Shown here: positions 23,147 to 34,680 of the stretch, one piece after another
Position numbering within the stretch: the stretch's first letter is position 1
Layout of the letters: each line of letters begins with the position of its first letter
Origin: Felis catus
Taxonomy: Eukaryota
Reading direction: 5' to 3'
DNA: 64,000 nucleotides
NCBI RefSeq assembly: GCF_018350175.1
Contig: NC_058384.1
Location: 58,652,001-58,716,000 of the forward strand
Notes under the pieces: generated by a model
The model's input: only the letters and a program-made list of their open reading frames with translations
The model's database searches: none
What the model was told of the DNA's origin: nothing
Translations under genes and position numbers: made by a program

Positions 23147-25384
23147 AAATCAGACCCCTCAATTTCCACACCGTAGTGTAATTTCAGTGGCCCCTTTGCC
23201 AAAATATTCCCCACTGACCTGGGGCAGCCTCAAATGTTGTCACTAAATTTTCACATTTTGAATGCAATGTAATCGCTCGTGGATACACAAAGCAGCTATC
23301 CTCAGTTATTTTTACCAGAGCGGGAGTGCACTTTTCTGGTCCTTTCCTGCTAACAGTTTCTGAGAAAGACCTGTTGAGAAGAAATGGGAATGGAGTGGAC
23401 TCAGAATGAGGCTTCTGCCTAGGTAGGAGAAGGGTTCAAAAGGAAACCAGCAGAGATAAAGACACACTACTCAAAGGTCTATCTATGTAGGGCAGGTCTA
23501 CTTTCTGAAACTGAACAGTAGAGGTTCAGTAAAGGTTAACGTGTGCATGTAAGCAACTCCAAATCCGAACTGAATGCCAGGTGATGCTGTGTAAGTCATT
23601 TCGCCAAACTGGGTGTTGATATCAGCTATAAAAATTACGGAGTTGGCCTTGATAATCTAACAATGCCCTGCTGCTCTTAAAACCAAGGCTTCTCTGACTA
23701 GGTAGGGCATGGGGAACAGTCCATTTCAGCCAAGTAATGGATAAAGCAAATAGTCACACAGATATGTGGTCAGTCGCATCAGCCCCGGAAGTACTAACCA
23801 AGCATCTTAGCACCGCAAAAAAAAAAAATAAATAATTGCCTAAATGTATTCAAGTCCTAACAAGAAATTTCAATAGCTCTCGTTTGCCTCTGGACAAAGC
23901 ACTGTAAATGTGATCACATGCCCTGTGCTTGTCAAAGGTCATTCTCAGCATTGCCTTGGGCTAAGACTGAATGTACAGAATTGTAATCACTCCAGCCCCC
24001 TTGGTGATAACCTCCGTTTAACCACCCTGCCGGTATCGGTGGGAAAGACTGAGCTACGGGCAATTTTTCCCAGAGCGGGCTGCTTTGTACTGGACCACGT
24101 TTATGTACATGTACAATTTCTATGGCAAGATATTTGTGAGTCCGTGGGTAGGGCGGAGCCTGTGACCTCACGCTGGATCTGTGTTCGGTGGAGATTGAGT
24201 ATAAATAAACAGATAAACACACGAGCAAACATTTACGACCATGAAAGAGACTGAAGTCAACGGGATCATCGGCAGAATCCAGCCTGTGTCTCAGCTTCGC
24301 TAGCACAGCCCAAGGACGCAGGATGACAAGAGTGAGATAAGAAATCTGAGGATCACCTGCTGTTGCTATCGGAACAGGAGGCCTGGCCACGGGCACCCAT
24401 GTGAATGTTCCAGGGGATGTGAGCGTGCACACGCGTACGAGTGTTCAAAGTACTTACGGATGGCACACTTAACACAGTGCTTCTCTGTCCAGGAAAACTA
24501 TATCCCCACCAGAGCCTGAATTATTAAAATCTTGAGGTTCCTCACATCTGCTCTGAACTTCGGTTCACTATTTCTGCTCGCTACTGGGTGCCGTGCTCTG
24601 TGTCTGAGGTTACAGGCGTGCCCAAACCCTCCCCACCCTGCAGGGCAGTGAGCCGGTGGGACCGTGGGGTGGTCTCAACACTGGCTATCCAAGCCTCTTG
24701 CCCCAGTGTAACCAGAGCCCTGCAGAGAGAAACCAGCCTGGGGGGGGGGGGGGGGCTCCATCTGCTGAAAAATTCCTCCCGTGGCCTATTATATCCTAAG
24801 TTCCTCTTGTTCAGACCACCACCATTTAGATGGAAACTGAGTTAGGTCCAAACAGGATGAACCAAACTTCTGTTCAGGCAAAAAAGTTGGCCCAGGGCTG
24901 CAGAGCTTTAAACGGACCATGAATAATGTTTTATTGCCTCAGCACTGGGGTGAACTCACCCCCCACACTCAGCCTCACCTTTCACGGTGTTATTTTTAGA
25001 GATCTCATTACACCCCAGCTTAAACTAAAAATATGTTTCCCAGGAATAGCAGAACCTAGTTTTAATTGTGCACAGTTACACAAATGCCCGTGTGCTCTGA
25101 TTACGTATGATGTTTCATGTATTTGACACCCGAGTTGGGAGCTAGGGGGGATTGGCACATTTCATTTTTCAAGAAAGACTGGCTTTGGGTGCTGATGGGC
25201 GCCATCAGCTTTTTCTGGGCTGGAGTTGTTTCCACCGGCCGATGCTTTGGTTTCACGTGATGGGGTGTGACTTCTACAAAATCACGGGTTCCGGGAAGCC
25301 CTGATCGTGAGAAGCTCACCTCCAAGGTCTCACCTGAACCAGACACATGCTTCCCTCCCCAGTGTCCCAGCGCTTGGACACGGA

Positions 25385-25560
25385 GGTCAAGCAGGAGACG
25401 GGCTTTGGGATCTGACAAATGGGTAGCTGGGTCTCAACCCCGCCTCCCTACCTCTGAGACTTTGAGCAAGTTATTAATTTTCCTGAAGCTGGTTCCTCAC
25501 TGGAAAATGAGAATCATAAATGTTGTATGGATAAAATGAAATAATTCATGTACACAGCAG
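25385..25560 (+). mobile_element. MIR
   Basis: GGCTTTGGGATCTGACA...GACTTTGAGCAAGTTATTAA...CCTCACTGGAAAATGAGAAT. Confidence 0.7.
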
Positions 25561-28500
25561 AAGTCTCATAAAGTATCACGCTATTTTTTTTTTTTTATTT
25601 AGCTTGCTCAGACACTAGTCAGGTCAGTAGGTATCTTTGTTGAGCACTGACTGAGACCACACAGGGGATACGCGAGGTGGCGATGTCAGACCCTGACAAG
25701 ATGGCACGCACACCCACGGGCTCTGCGCAGGGCGGCGTGGAATGCCACACTGGACTTAAGGCACCAGCCTGGATTCCGGGGTTCCCAGCAAGAAACTCTT
25801 TATCTCAGGGAAAGAAAGTTTTGTGAACACAAGCTGTCCTGGAAGGATTCCTAGGACAGTAGCTCTCTCTCCACAGGTGTGCCCGGGGATTAAGGACACA
25901 GGCTGACCTCAGCTGGACCCCGGCTCTGCCTCTTACTCCCAGCACGACCGTGTGCAGGTTGCTTAGGTTTTTCACCTGAGTTTCTGTGCAAGACAATGAA
26001 GGCAGTATCATGTCTTCCTTGGACTGAACCACAGAGTATATCGAGAAAAGGCAGGCTCTCGTGTATCCCCACGGAGTTAGTCTTTGCACTCATTTGTGAT
26101 GTTTTCTAGATTGTCATCAGTGTGCATTCAACCTCTCCCCCTAGTTAATAGGTTCTCTAAAGACAGGAAGTTCCGACATAACCACTCAGGGAAACTCAGC
26201 CTTCTGTTCTCAAGGGGATCATGTTCCATTCCACAGGCGACTGTGGTTTCCTCGCTTCATTGACATCACTGGACAATCCCTCACATCGTGAGAAACCTCA
26301 CAATCACGATTTCATATGCCAGTGTGATCATTCAGTCTGGTGAGGGGGTTGCAGGTGTGTAAAATTTCCCTCTGAGGAGAAATTCAGAGGCTCCATCTCA
26401 TTTATGGAAACTCTCAAATCCCAGTGCCTCATCTAGAAAGGAGTTTGTTCAGACTGGACCCGACAGCCACGTTCTACAACATGGAGGCAGGGATGGGCTG
26501 AGGGATGTCAAGTCATGGGCAGGCCACAGAGACACAGGGTTGCTGAAAGGGTCAGGATGTGTTTAAAATGGGATCACAGTGAATATGAATACTTTTTATA
26601 AAGGATCTGCCATCGCAAGGTACTCTCATGGTTCCTCTCATCGTTTGGGTTCTTTCCAGAGCATTCATTGGTATCCGATACCAGGAGCCTCTTATATTTC
26701 CCCCCTTTTTTTTTTTCCAGAGAGGTTTTGATACATTTACGCGAATAAATACAAGCCCCCATCCCACTGATGTCTGGAGGAAGAACAATTGTTTTGCACG
26801 CCGATGTAAACAAAGACCAGGAACAGGTAGGAGGAAAATGAGAAGACAAGGCAACATGCGACCCCACCTCCAGGATTTGAGTATCGTCTCCTTGCGGAGA
26901 TCTCAGAATCCCCGAGCACTGTTCTCAGGTAATCATTTTGCTCTTGCTCCCCAAATCCAGAAGGACACGTAAGACCCCAAGCAAACCCAGCAATGCCTCC
27001 TGAGGGTTGTTTGCCCATAACAGGTCTCCTTCGACCGCAGTGTGTCCCTGAGACACTGGCTTTTGGCCCCAGGGCTCTGCCCCCAGCCGCTCACTTGTGA
27101 GGGGCAGTGAACCAGGCCACAGGGACGGATTCTCCAAGTACCATGTCACAAACCAACTCTTAGGTTCATCTGAGCAGTTTGGTGGCCCGTGTGCCCTGGC
27201 ATTCTGGGACAGCGCAGGAGTGTCTGAGAATAACAGAGATGACCCAGAGTAGCAGCCAGGCAGCTGAGGCAGAGAAGGGCTCAGCTGCCCTGGTCTCCGC
27301 CAGGAGGAGGCCTGCCTCCCAGGAGCAGTCTGGCCGGACAGCTGATCCTTGCTAATCTCCACGCCGTAGAGACAAACTGGTTGATTTTCATATATCTATG
27401 ACTTCGTGTTGTTCTTTACATCACCTGCTTTATTTTCAAACCTGTCAACAGTCCTCTGAAAAGGTTGCACACATGGGTTGAGGCCTGGGCAGCTCCAGGG
27501 AGGACAGAAGCAGACACGGTCAGGGCGGGCGGAAGGGAGGGAGGGTGGGAAGGGCAGTGGCCCCACACCTGGGAGACTGAGTCAGGAATCCATGGGCTTC
27601 GTGTTTTCGTGAGTTTTCTGTCATCAAAGCAAACAAGAGGCACGGGGTTTTATGCTGTGACCTCTTCTGGTAAGGCTTGAAAGCTGGCTATAAATCCAAG
27701 ATGGACCACACACTGACTGAACTATATTTATCAAGTTTCTTAATAAAGCAAAAAAACTCAGCAGCATTTGAGAGTCCACTTTTTTTTTCCCCGGCAGAGA
27801 CAGAAGCCAGCAACAAGCGGTTTACTGTTGTTCCTCCGTTGCCAAGTGGGGGATCCAGTGAAAATAGGAGGTGCCTCACATCTGTTTATATGAACCCACA
27901 GGGTTGCTATTTGTAAAGGGGCCCTACTTGTCTGACCTGCGTTGTTGCTAAACTTTGTTTTGCAAGGTTGTTCCACAGTATCTAAAAGGAGACTCACGGT
28001 TCCCCCACCAAGGGTGACATTTGCTCACAGGCCTGGTCCCCCCTGGTATTGTCGCACTGTCATGACAGATGGCCGGACAGGCTGACGGAGACCGCCTCTG
28101 AAGGTGGATGTTAGGTCGACTTCTTTTTCTAAACTGACCGGTTGATAGTGTCTAACAACTGAGTTCAAGATCATTAGCATCGGAGTGTAATAGTGAAGGG
28201 GGCTTCAGGGATTGCCCGGGACTGTTCCCCCATTTTCGGCTGAGGAAAATGAGGACAGAAGAGCTTTTTGTGGGGGGGGGGGGAGGGGGGATGAGCTAGG
28301 ACTCGAAAGCAGAATTATTACAGCTCTTTCCAGTTTATCACGCAACCTAAGAAGCTATCTGGAATCTTGAGATACAGCCTGGTTCGGAAACCTCACGTCT
28401 GACCAGCTGAATGTGGAACGCGTCGTGCGAGAGGAAGACCGGGGTGTCCCCAAGTGATACGAGCAGCATTTTGGGTCCTGTGTCTGTGGGGTCCTCTTGA

Positions 28501-29279
28501 AGCTCGGAAGTAGCATCCAGAATGTCTGTCAGCCAAAAGCCAAGTGGAGAATTCAGGAAAACTACAAAGGTAAAATTCAGCACACAGTCCAAGGACTCGC
28601 GACGGATGCAATAACGTCACCTCTCTGGCAAACTCTAAAACACACAAGGCTGTTAGAGTGACAGTATGTCACACTGGAAATAAATTTTAATTGGGCATCA
28701 AGACATAAATATCAGACGTTAAACTGTCCAAAAGGCCATCCAACAACCGTTTCACATTTCTGTGACCCACTCTTTGGAGAAGGCTGTGCCTTGAATACCA
28801 CCAGTCCCTCCAACTCTCTTTCGGGAAGCCTCAGGGCAAGAGTGTAGGGAGTTTGTGAGGTGATGCCTCATAGTTGGGGGTATAACATGGACCTTTCTCT
28901 TAGCCAACAACCCTTAAAACGTGAGGGGCGGCTGGCAGAGGGGAGGGAACAATAGTACACAGCTTGCTCTCCTGGACTTTGGCAGACGGTTTGCAAGGAC
29001 TAACTGGGGGCCATGTGGGGAAGCTGGCATGGAGAGGGGTCAGCAGAGAAGTCAGCAGCGGACCCTCTGGTCTCCAGGGGCGGATGAGGGGATCCGTGGC
29101 CACGGAGCGTTAGAGGCGGAGAATGTCTGCAGCGAGCAGAGAAGGCTTACAAGGGGACTAAGGGAAGCCTTCAGCCCTCAACTCTCCCTAGGCTTGGAGA
29201 GCTCAGGGCCAGCTGTCGGCGGCTGGGCTCCCTTGGAGTGGAGCCCACCATGGACATTCTTGTCACGTTACTGAGGAAC

Positions 29280-29620
29280 AGCTGTCAGGGTAAGGAGAGT
29301 GGGGGATTGGGATAGGACGGGGGAAGCACAAAACAAGGATATGGTCTCTGGGAGAGGCTAGCTTCTCACTGGCCCCACAGGGAGCACTGGTCTCTCCTGC
29401 GGAAAGAGGCCAGGCTTTACCTCCTTGTCACCTGGTCATTGGCTGCTGCTTGTAACGTGGAGAAAGGAGTGGGGCGAGGTTTGGGGAGATGCAGGGTCAT
29501 CACCCAGGGAGGTGGCTTCTATCTGGCCAGGGCAAATCCTTCCAAAAGGGGGAAGGGGACAACTGCGGGCCATTAGCCTCTGATTATACAGCACCTGGGG
29601 ACTGGTGGCGGGAGGAGCGT
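29280..29620 (-). mobile_element. ERVL LTR16-like fragment
   Basis: GGCCCCACAGGGAGCACTGG...GGCCAGGCTTT...GTCATTGGCTG...GAGGTGGCTTCT...AGGGCAAAT. Confidence 0.5.
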
Positions 29621-29772
29621 CAGCAGCATTCACTCTGCCCACTTTCTGCCCATCACGTCAGAACTTGGTGGTTCTCCTTACTCTTTGCACCGCACCCCCC
29701 TCCCCAACCAGGGATCAGAAACAGCTAGTAAGTGAGACAGGGGTGAGGGAGACAGAGAGGAATGAACCTTCT

Positions 29773-29776
<4 letters not shown>

Positions 29777-29808
<32 letters not shown>
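29777..29808. repeat. (CA)n microsatellite
   Basis: Direct reading. Confidence 0.97.
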
Positions 29809-29809
<1 letters not shown>

Positions 29810-29869
29810 CTTCCCTTCCAAAAGGCAAAAGACCCACAGGTAGAGCTGGAGAAGTCATGGGGCTGAACG

Positions 29870-30085
29870 TTTTTAAATGCTTCATCGCAATATGACACAC
29901 ATCTAGAAAAGGGCACAAGCTGACAGCTCAATTTTTCACAGAACACACCTGTGTAGCAATCCCCAAGGCCAAGAACCAGAATTTCCAGCCATCCAGAGGC
30001 TCCCTTCCAGTCCCTGCTCTACTCCTTCTACCACAGGGGTAACACCTAGTGGTGATTTTCCAACCGCAGCGATTCCTTCTGCCAT
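29870..30085 (-). mobile_element. L1ME/MC-type 3' end fragment
   Basis: TTTTTCACAGAACACACCTGTGTAGC...CAAGAACCAGAATTTCCAGC...CAGAGGCTCCCT. Confidence 0.6.
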
Positions 30086-30599
30086 CTTGATGAAACCTGG
30101 GATTCTGACCTATCTGGAGCCTGAGTTTATACCAAATATTGTCCCTCGCAAACTGATCTTGAAAATCTCACCTCAATGCCTATCTTCACGGTACTAAGGA
30201 GGGTAGTTTTCATGATAAAAATAGACAAGAACCAGATTTTTATCTCCTGGCTTATTGTGAAGAAAGAGAGAGGAGGAAATAAGGGGTTTCTTTTCATGTT
30301 TCTTCCCGCCGTATCTCCACCTGCCTTCCTAGTCCACCAAAGGAACACACAAAATATCTCATCTCTTAAGCTCCACTCAAGAGACCAGCCTGGGACAGAG
30401 GGTGTAGATTCGGGATGTGCGTAAATCCTCCCTTGTAGGAAGCGGCCTACAAGCTGTTGCTAGATGATGTGGGCCTTTGAGATCATTGGTCCCTGGAGGG
30501 GCCTCTGGAAGCCAAGCCTTTTGTTGCTTTTTCCCACATTTTTGTCCAGTCAGTTATTTTCCTGAGAGAGTGGGGAATGTTAGGAAGTCGGGTCACTGT

Positions 30600-31100
30600 G
30601 GAAAGCCTTTGTTTAGGGGAATTTTCACCAAACATGTCATTTTCTAATTGGAGCTATTTGCTGTGGCCCTTCTGCCTGACTGTCCGCAATGAGTGAAGGT
30701 TATAATTATAAACAGAGTGGTGACATTTCCATTGAAAGCTCATCGTGAGAATTCCCTGACTCATCCTGACAAACCACAAGCCCCTCGAAGTGAAGGGATT
30801 TTTTTTCGCCCTGAAAAAAGTACTACAGTAATGACCTTACTTGACATTACGGAATGATAAAATGCACTTGTTGTTTAATATTTGAAAATATCACACAAAA
30901 AGGGAGGAGAGGTGGAGGCAAATGGCGTTTGTCTGTATGCTGTGACTGTGCCTGTTGTATTTACTGGAGACCTTTTTTTTTTTTCATTGTGCCAATATTG
31001 GATGGCCATGTGGCCCGCCTAAAATCACTCAAATGCCTTCTTCAAAGGAGACTAATTTTCATGCAACTGTAATCTCACTGCTGGACAAGCTATGAAGAAC
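30600..31100. promoter_or_regulatory. Candidate enhancer (AP-1, RUNX, TEAD, CArG, TCF/LEF cluster)
   Basis: Repeat-free; TGACTCA 30757, AACCACA 30772, GGAATG 30851, CCAATATTGG 30992, TTCAAAG 31041; motif evidence only. Confidence 0.45.
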
Positions 31101-32006
31101 AAAGAAGACTGAATTAAACAAGAGGATACTTGGGTATTTTTGCTTGCTTGATATGGGGAAGTGGCAGAAAGAGTTATTCTTGGGGAGAGAGTGGTTTACC
31201 CTGCCTAGCCTGAGTGAAGGTGAAGGATCCCAAAGGTTTCAGAAGGATCCTGTGGCCTTTGTGGTTCCCCTTCCATGTGACTCCCTCAGAGCAGCCGATC
31301 TGCACCAGGCTGTTTCTACCTAGAGGCGCTGCTGGCTGCCTTCCGTTAGTTAAAGATTCCACCACACCCTGGGGGGTAGGAAAGAGACGCACTTTCTACC
31401 ACTGATGCCCTGGGGACACTCCGAGAAGTCTAGAACTCCTGGCAGGTCAGATTGGAAGGGACCTTGAGAGAGACCCCCCGCCCGGGCCCTGGGCACATTT
31501 CAGAGGGAAGGGGGCACTCTTCAGAAGAGAGCATCGGGGTGACAGTGGTAAATGCGGACAAGTCAGGCAAGTCACCTAGTGTCTTTCTAAAAATATTTGC
31601 CCCCGGATCTCATCACAGGCTTACTGAATCGGAATCTGCAGGGTGGGGACAAGACCCCGGAATTCTGATGTGTGTTCACATTAGGAAATGAGTGATTCTA
31701 CTGGAAAACCTTCATGTCAGAGTTGAGGATCGTAGGCTTCAGGAGAACGAGTTCCTTGTTGAGTATGGCCAAGTGATTAGTGACAAAAGTGTCTACATGA
31801 AATCCTTCGTGTTCTCCCATGCTGCGTCCCCAGCACCATATTGCCTTCTGGGCGCTTTTCTTGCATTGGGCGCTTATGTTCAAAAGGCTGCTCTCTCTGC
31901 TGTGTGACCCAGAGTCTCACGCCCCTGACCCTCATTGTCCTCATCTATAAAATAAGGATAAGAACTACCAACGGAGGATTAAACAAAAAGAAAGAAAGAA
32001 AAGACA

Positions 32007-32200
32007 GGGGCACCTGGGCGGCTCAGTTGGTTGAGTGTCGAACTTCAGCTCAGGTCACGATCTGGTGGTTGATGAGTTGGAGCCCCGTGTCGGGCTCTGT
32101 GCTGTCAGCTCAGAGCCCGCTCCCAATGCTCTCTGCCCCTCCCCTGCTTGCACACTTTTAAAAATACATAAACATTTTAAAAAAATAAAAATAAATTTAA
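32007..32200 (+). mobile_element. CanSINE
   Basis: Head GGGGCACCTGGGCGGCTCAG, A-rich tail. Confidence 0.9.
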
Positions 32201-32346
32201 AAAAGATAAAGAAGGGCTTTGAAAACGATAAAACACAAGATAAATAGAAGATATTGCTCTTATTATTTATACTGTGACACTATCTTGTTTACACAAATTA
32301 TATAGGAATCCAAGAAAGAGAAGAGCAATTAAAAAAAAAAAGGAGG

Positions 32347-32534
32347 GGGGAACCTGGATGGCTCAGTGGGTTAAGCATCCAACTTTGGATTTCAGCTCAG
32401 GTCATGATCTCACAGTTCCTGGGATTGAGCCCCGTGTCGGGCTCTGTGCTGGGCACGGAGCCTGTTTAAAGATCCTCTCTCCCTCTCTTTTTGCCCCTCC
32501 CCCGCTCAAAAAACAAAACAAAACAAAACAAAAA
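32347..32534 (+). mobile_element. CanSINE
   Basis: Head, body, (CAAAA)n tail. Confidence 0.9.
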
Positions 32535-32579
32535 CTATCCCTTAGTGGGCAAGAGGCTTTAAAACATTTACCACTCTCT

Positions 32580-32625
32580 GGGGCGCCTGGGTGGTTCAGT
32601 CGGTTGAGCGTCCCCGCTCATGCTT

Positions 32626-32661
<36 letters not shown>

Positions 32662-32687
32662 AAAAGTAAATAAACATTAAAAAAAGT
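32580..32687 (+). mobile_element. Internally deleted CanSINE with intact 21-bp TSD
   Basis: Head ...GAGCGTCC joined to CCGCTCATGCT(CT)n; TSD TTTAAAACATT(T/C)ACCACTCTC at 32558 and 32688. Confidence 0.9.
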
Positions 32688-33156
32688 TTTAAAACATTCA
32701 CCACTCTCAATATGTAACAGGACCAGGACTTCAGCCTGGGACGGGACCACCTGACTTTGTCCTTGAGCTGCTATTCACTGGCTTGTCCTCTCTTACCTCC
32801 ACCCCCAGACTACTATGATCTTATCACACATCATTACACATCCACCCGAGTTTCCCCCACTTCATGCATGAGCCCCCCTGGAATGAAGACCACTTTCCAG
32901 ATTCTTCAGAAAACTATCAGCTCGTCACATAGTGCCCGCGGGAGGCGGAGGACACACAGACGGTCGCGGAAAGGTGCACGGGACTGGAGGAAAGTCCAGA
33001 CGCCTATTCATTCTACATTTAACACTATTTATTGAGCACCCACGACATGCCAGTCACTTCTCGAGGTTCCAGGATTATTGTAGCGAGCAAGAAAAAAAAA
33101 AAAAAAAAAGACCCCTGTCCTCTTGATGCTCGGTTTCTATTAGGTAAGAGTAGATC

Positions 33157-33558
33157 TGTAAGTAAGGGTCTGGGCCCAGGCTGCTATGACAAAACACCAC
33201 GGCCTGGGTGGCTTCAACAAGACATTTGTTTCTCACAGTTCTGGAGGCTGGGAGTCCAAGATCAAAGGGCCTCAGATTTGGTTTTCGGTAAGAACCCACT
33301 TCCTGGCTCACGGGGTCCTCACAAGGCCTCCCCTTGGTGCAAGCGTGTGGAGAGAGACAGACAGACAGAGAGCAGACACATTGGCCTGCTTTCCTCTTCC
33401 TAGAAGGACACGAATCCCATCACAAGGGCCCAATCATCCAGACCTCTTCTGAACCTAATTACCTTCCAAAGGCCCCACCTCCAAATACCATCACATTGGG
33501 GTTAGGACTCCAACAAATGAATGTGGGGGGGGGGGGCGCAAATATTCAGCCCCAAACA
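33157..33558 (-). mobile_element. MLT1A-type MaLR solo LTR
   Basis: GGCTGCTATGACAAAACACCAC...TTTCTCACAGTTCTGGAGGCTGGGAGTCCAAGATCAA...GGCCCCACCTCCAAATACCATCACATTGGGGGTTAGG. Confidence 0.88.
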
Positions 33559-33600
33559 GTTAGTAGATAAATAAGTCCATAAAAAAATGAGGCATTTCCT

Positions 33601-33825
33601 GGGGCGCCTGGGTGGCTCAGTCCGTTGGGCATCCGACTTCGGCTCAGGTCATGATCTCGCAGTTGGTGGTTTAGAGCCCCGAGTCGGATTCTGTGCTGAC
33701 AGCTCAGAGCCTGAAGCTTCCTTCAGATTCTGTGTCTCCTCTCTCTGCCCCTCCCGTGCTCATGCTGTGTCTCGCTCTGTCTCTCAATAATAAATAAACG
33801 TAATAAAAAAAAATTTTTTTAAAGA
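33601..33825 (+). mobile_element. CanSINE with TSD
   Basis: TSD AAATGAGGCATT at 33585 and 33826. Confidence 0.95.
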
Positions 33826-33849
33826 AATGAGGCATTCCCTCATGCTCAG

Positions 33850-34680
33850 TGCCATGGGGTTAAGTTCCGCAGGATCAAGGGTCGGGTTGGGGGAAGGGAC
33901 TGCACACTTAGGGAGGCAGCCCTGCGAAGGAACAGCAGAGGGGGACCCAAGGTGATTCCAGAGTGGGGTGAGGAGGGAGCCCCACTGTGCCTGGGGTAGA
34001 ATGGTCCAGACAGAGGGAGCAGAAATGCCATGACCAAAGGACAGAAATTAGCTCGGCACGTGGAGGCCAGGCAGCGGGAGAGGTGGGGCAGAGGGCCCAG
34101 GAAACCAGGCAAGGGACCACACAGCCCAAGGTGCTGAGCAGGACTTGTACAGCAGGTGACGCCACAGGAGGGTCTTGAAGCAGGAGGCAGCCCGGGTCTG
34201 ACTGACGTTTAACAGTATTACTGACGCTCGCACAGAAAATACACCACAGGGGGCACCTGGGTGGCTCAGTCCGTTAAGCTGCAGACTCTTGATTTCGGCT
34301 CAGGCCATCATCTCAGGATCTGTGGGATGGAGCCTCCCCACCCACCTCCCCACCCGCCCCCATGAGGCTCTGCACTGACAGCTGGGATCCTGCTTGGGAT
34401 TCTCTCTCTACCTCCCTCTCTCTGGCCCTCCTCCACTTGTGCTCTCTCTGTCTCAAAATAAATAAATAAACATTAAAAAAAATTTTTTTTTAAAGAAAGA
34501 AAGAAAATACACCATAGAGGGATAAGCATGGAAGCAGAGACTCTGGGGTTTCTGGGGTGTGGGGAGATGGTGGGCAATGGTGGGGGGCAGAGGCCGCGGA
34601 GGTGACCCTTGGATTCAGGATGCGCTCAGGGCGTAGCAGAAAGGGGGCATCAAGCTGATAGGCAGAGTCTCCCGAGTGCA
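33850..34680 (-). mobile_element. L2 remnant, interrupted by a SINE
   Basis: CCAGACAGAGGGAGCAGAAATGCCATGACC, GCCACAGGAGGGTCTTGAAGCAGGAG, GGATTCAGGATG typical of antisense L2. Confidence 0.55.
34250..34500 (+). mobile_element. CanSINE with TSD
   Basis: TSD AGAAAATACACCA(C/T)AG at 34234 and 34502. Confidence 0.93.

Noticed and set aside
22856-23214. ORFs such as MGQRETEHER... and ...GAPGWRSRLSVRLQ..., repeated at about 43.9 kb
   Set aside because: Translations of CanSINE sequence, not genes
23932-24432. 166-aa minus-strand ORF
   Set aside because: Non-ATG start, no recognisable homology or splice context; region is better explained as regulatory
28390-28575. Exon-like CpG-containing segment ending in AAG/GTAAA
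   Set aside because: The most plausible frame hits a stop (...GVPK*), there is no convincing acceptor and no recognisable protein; a non-coding exon cannot be excluded
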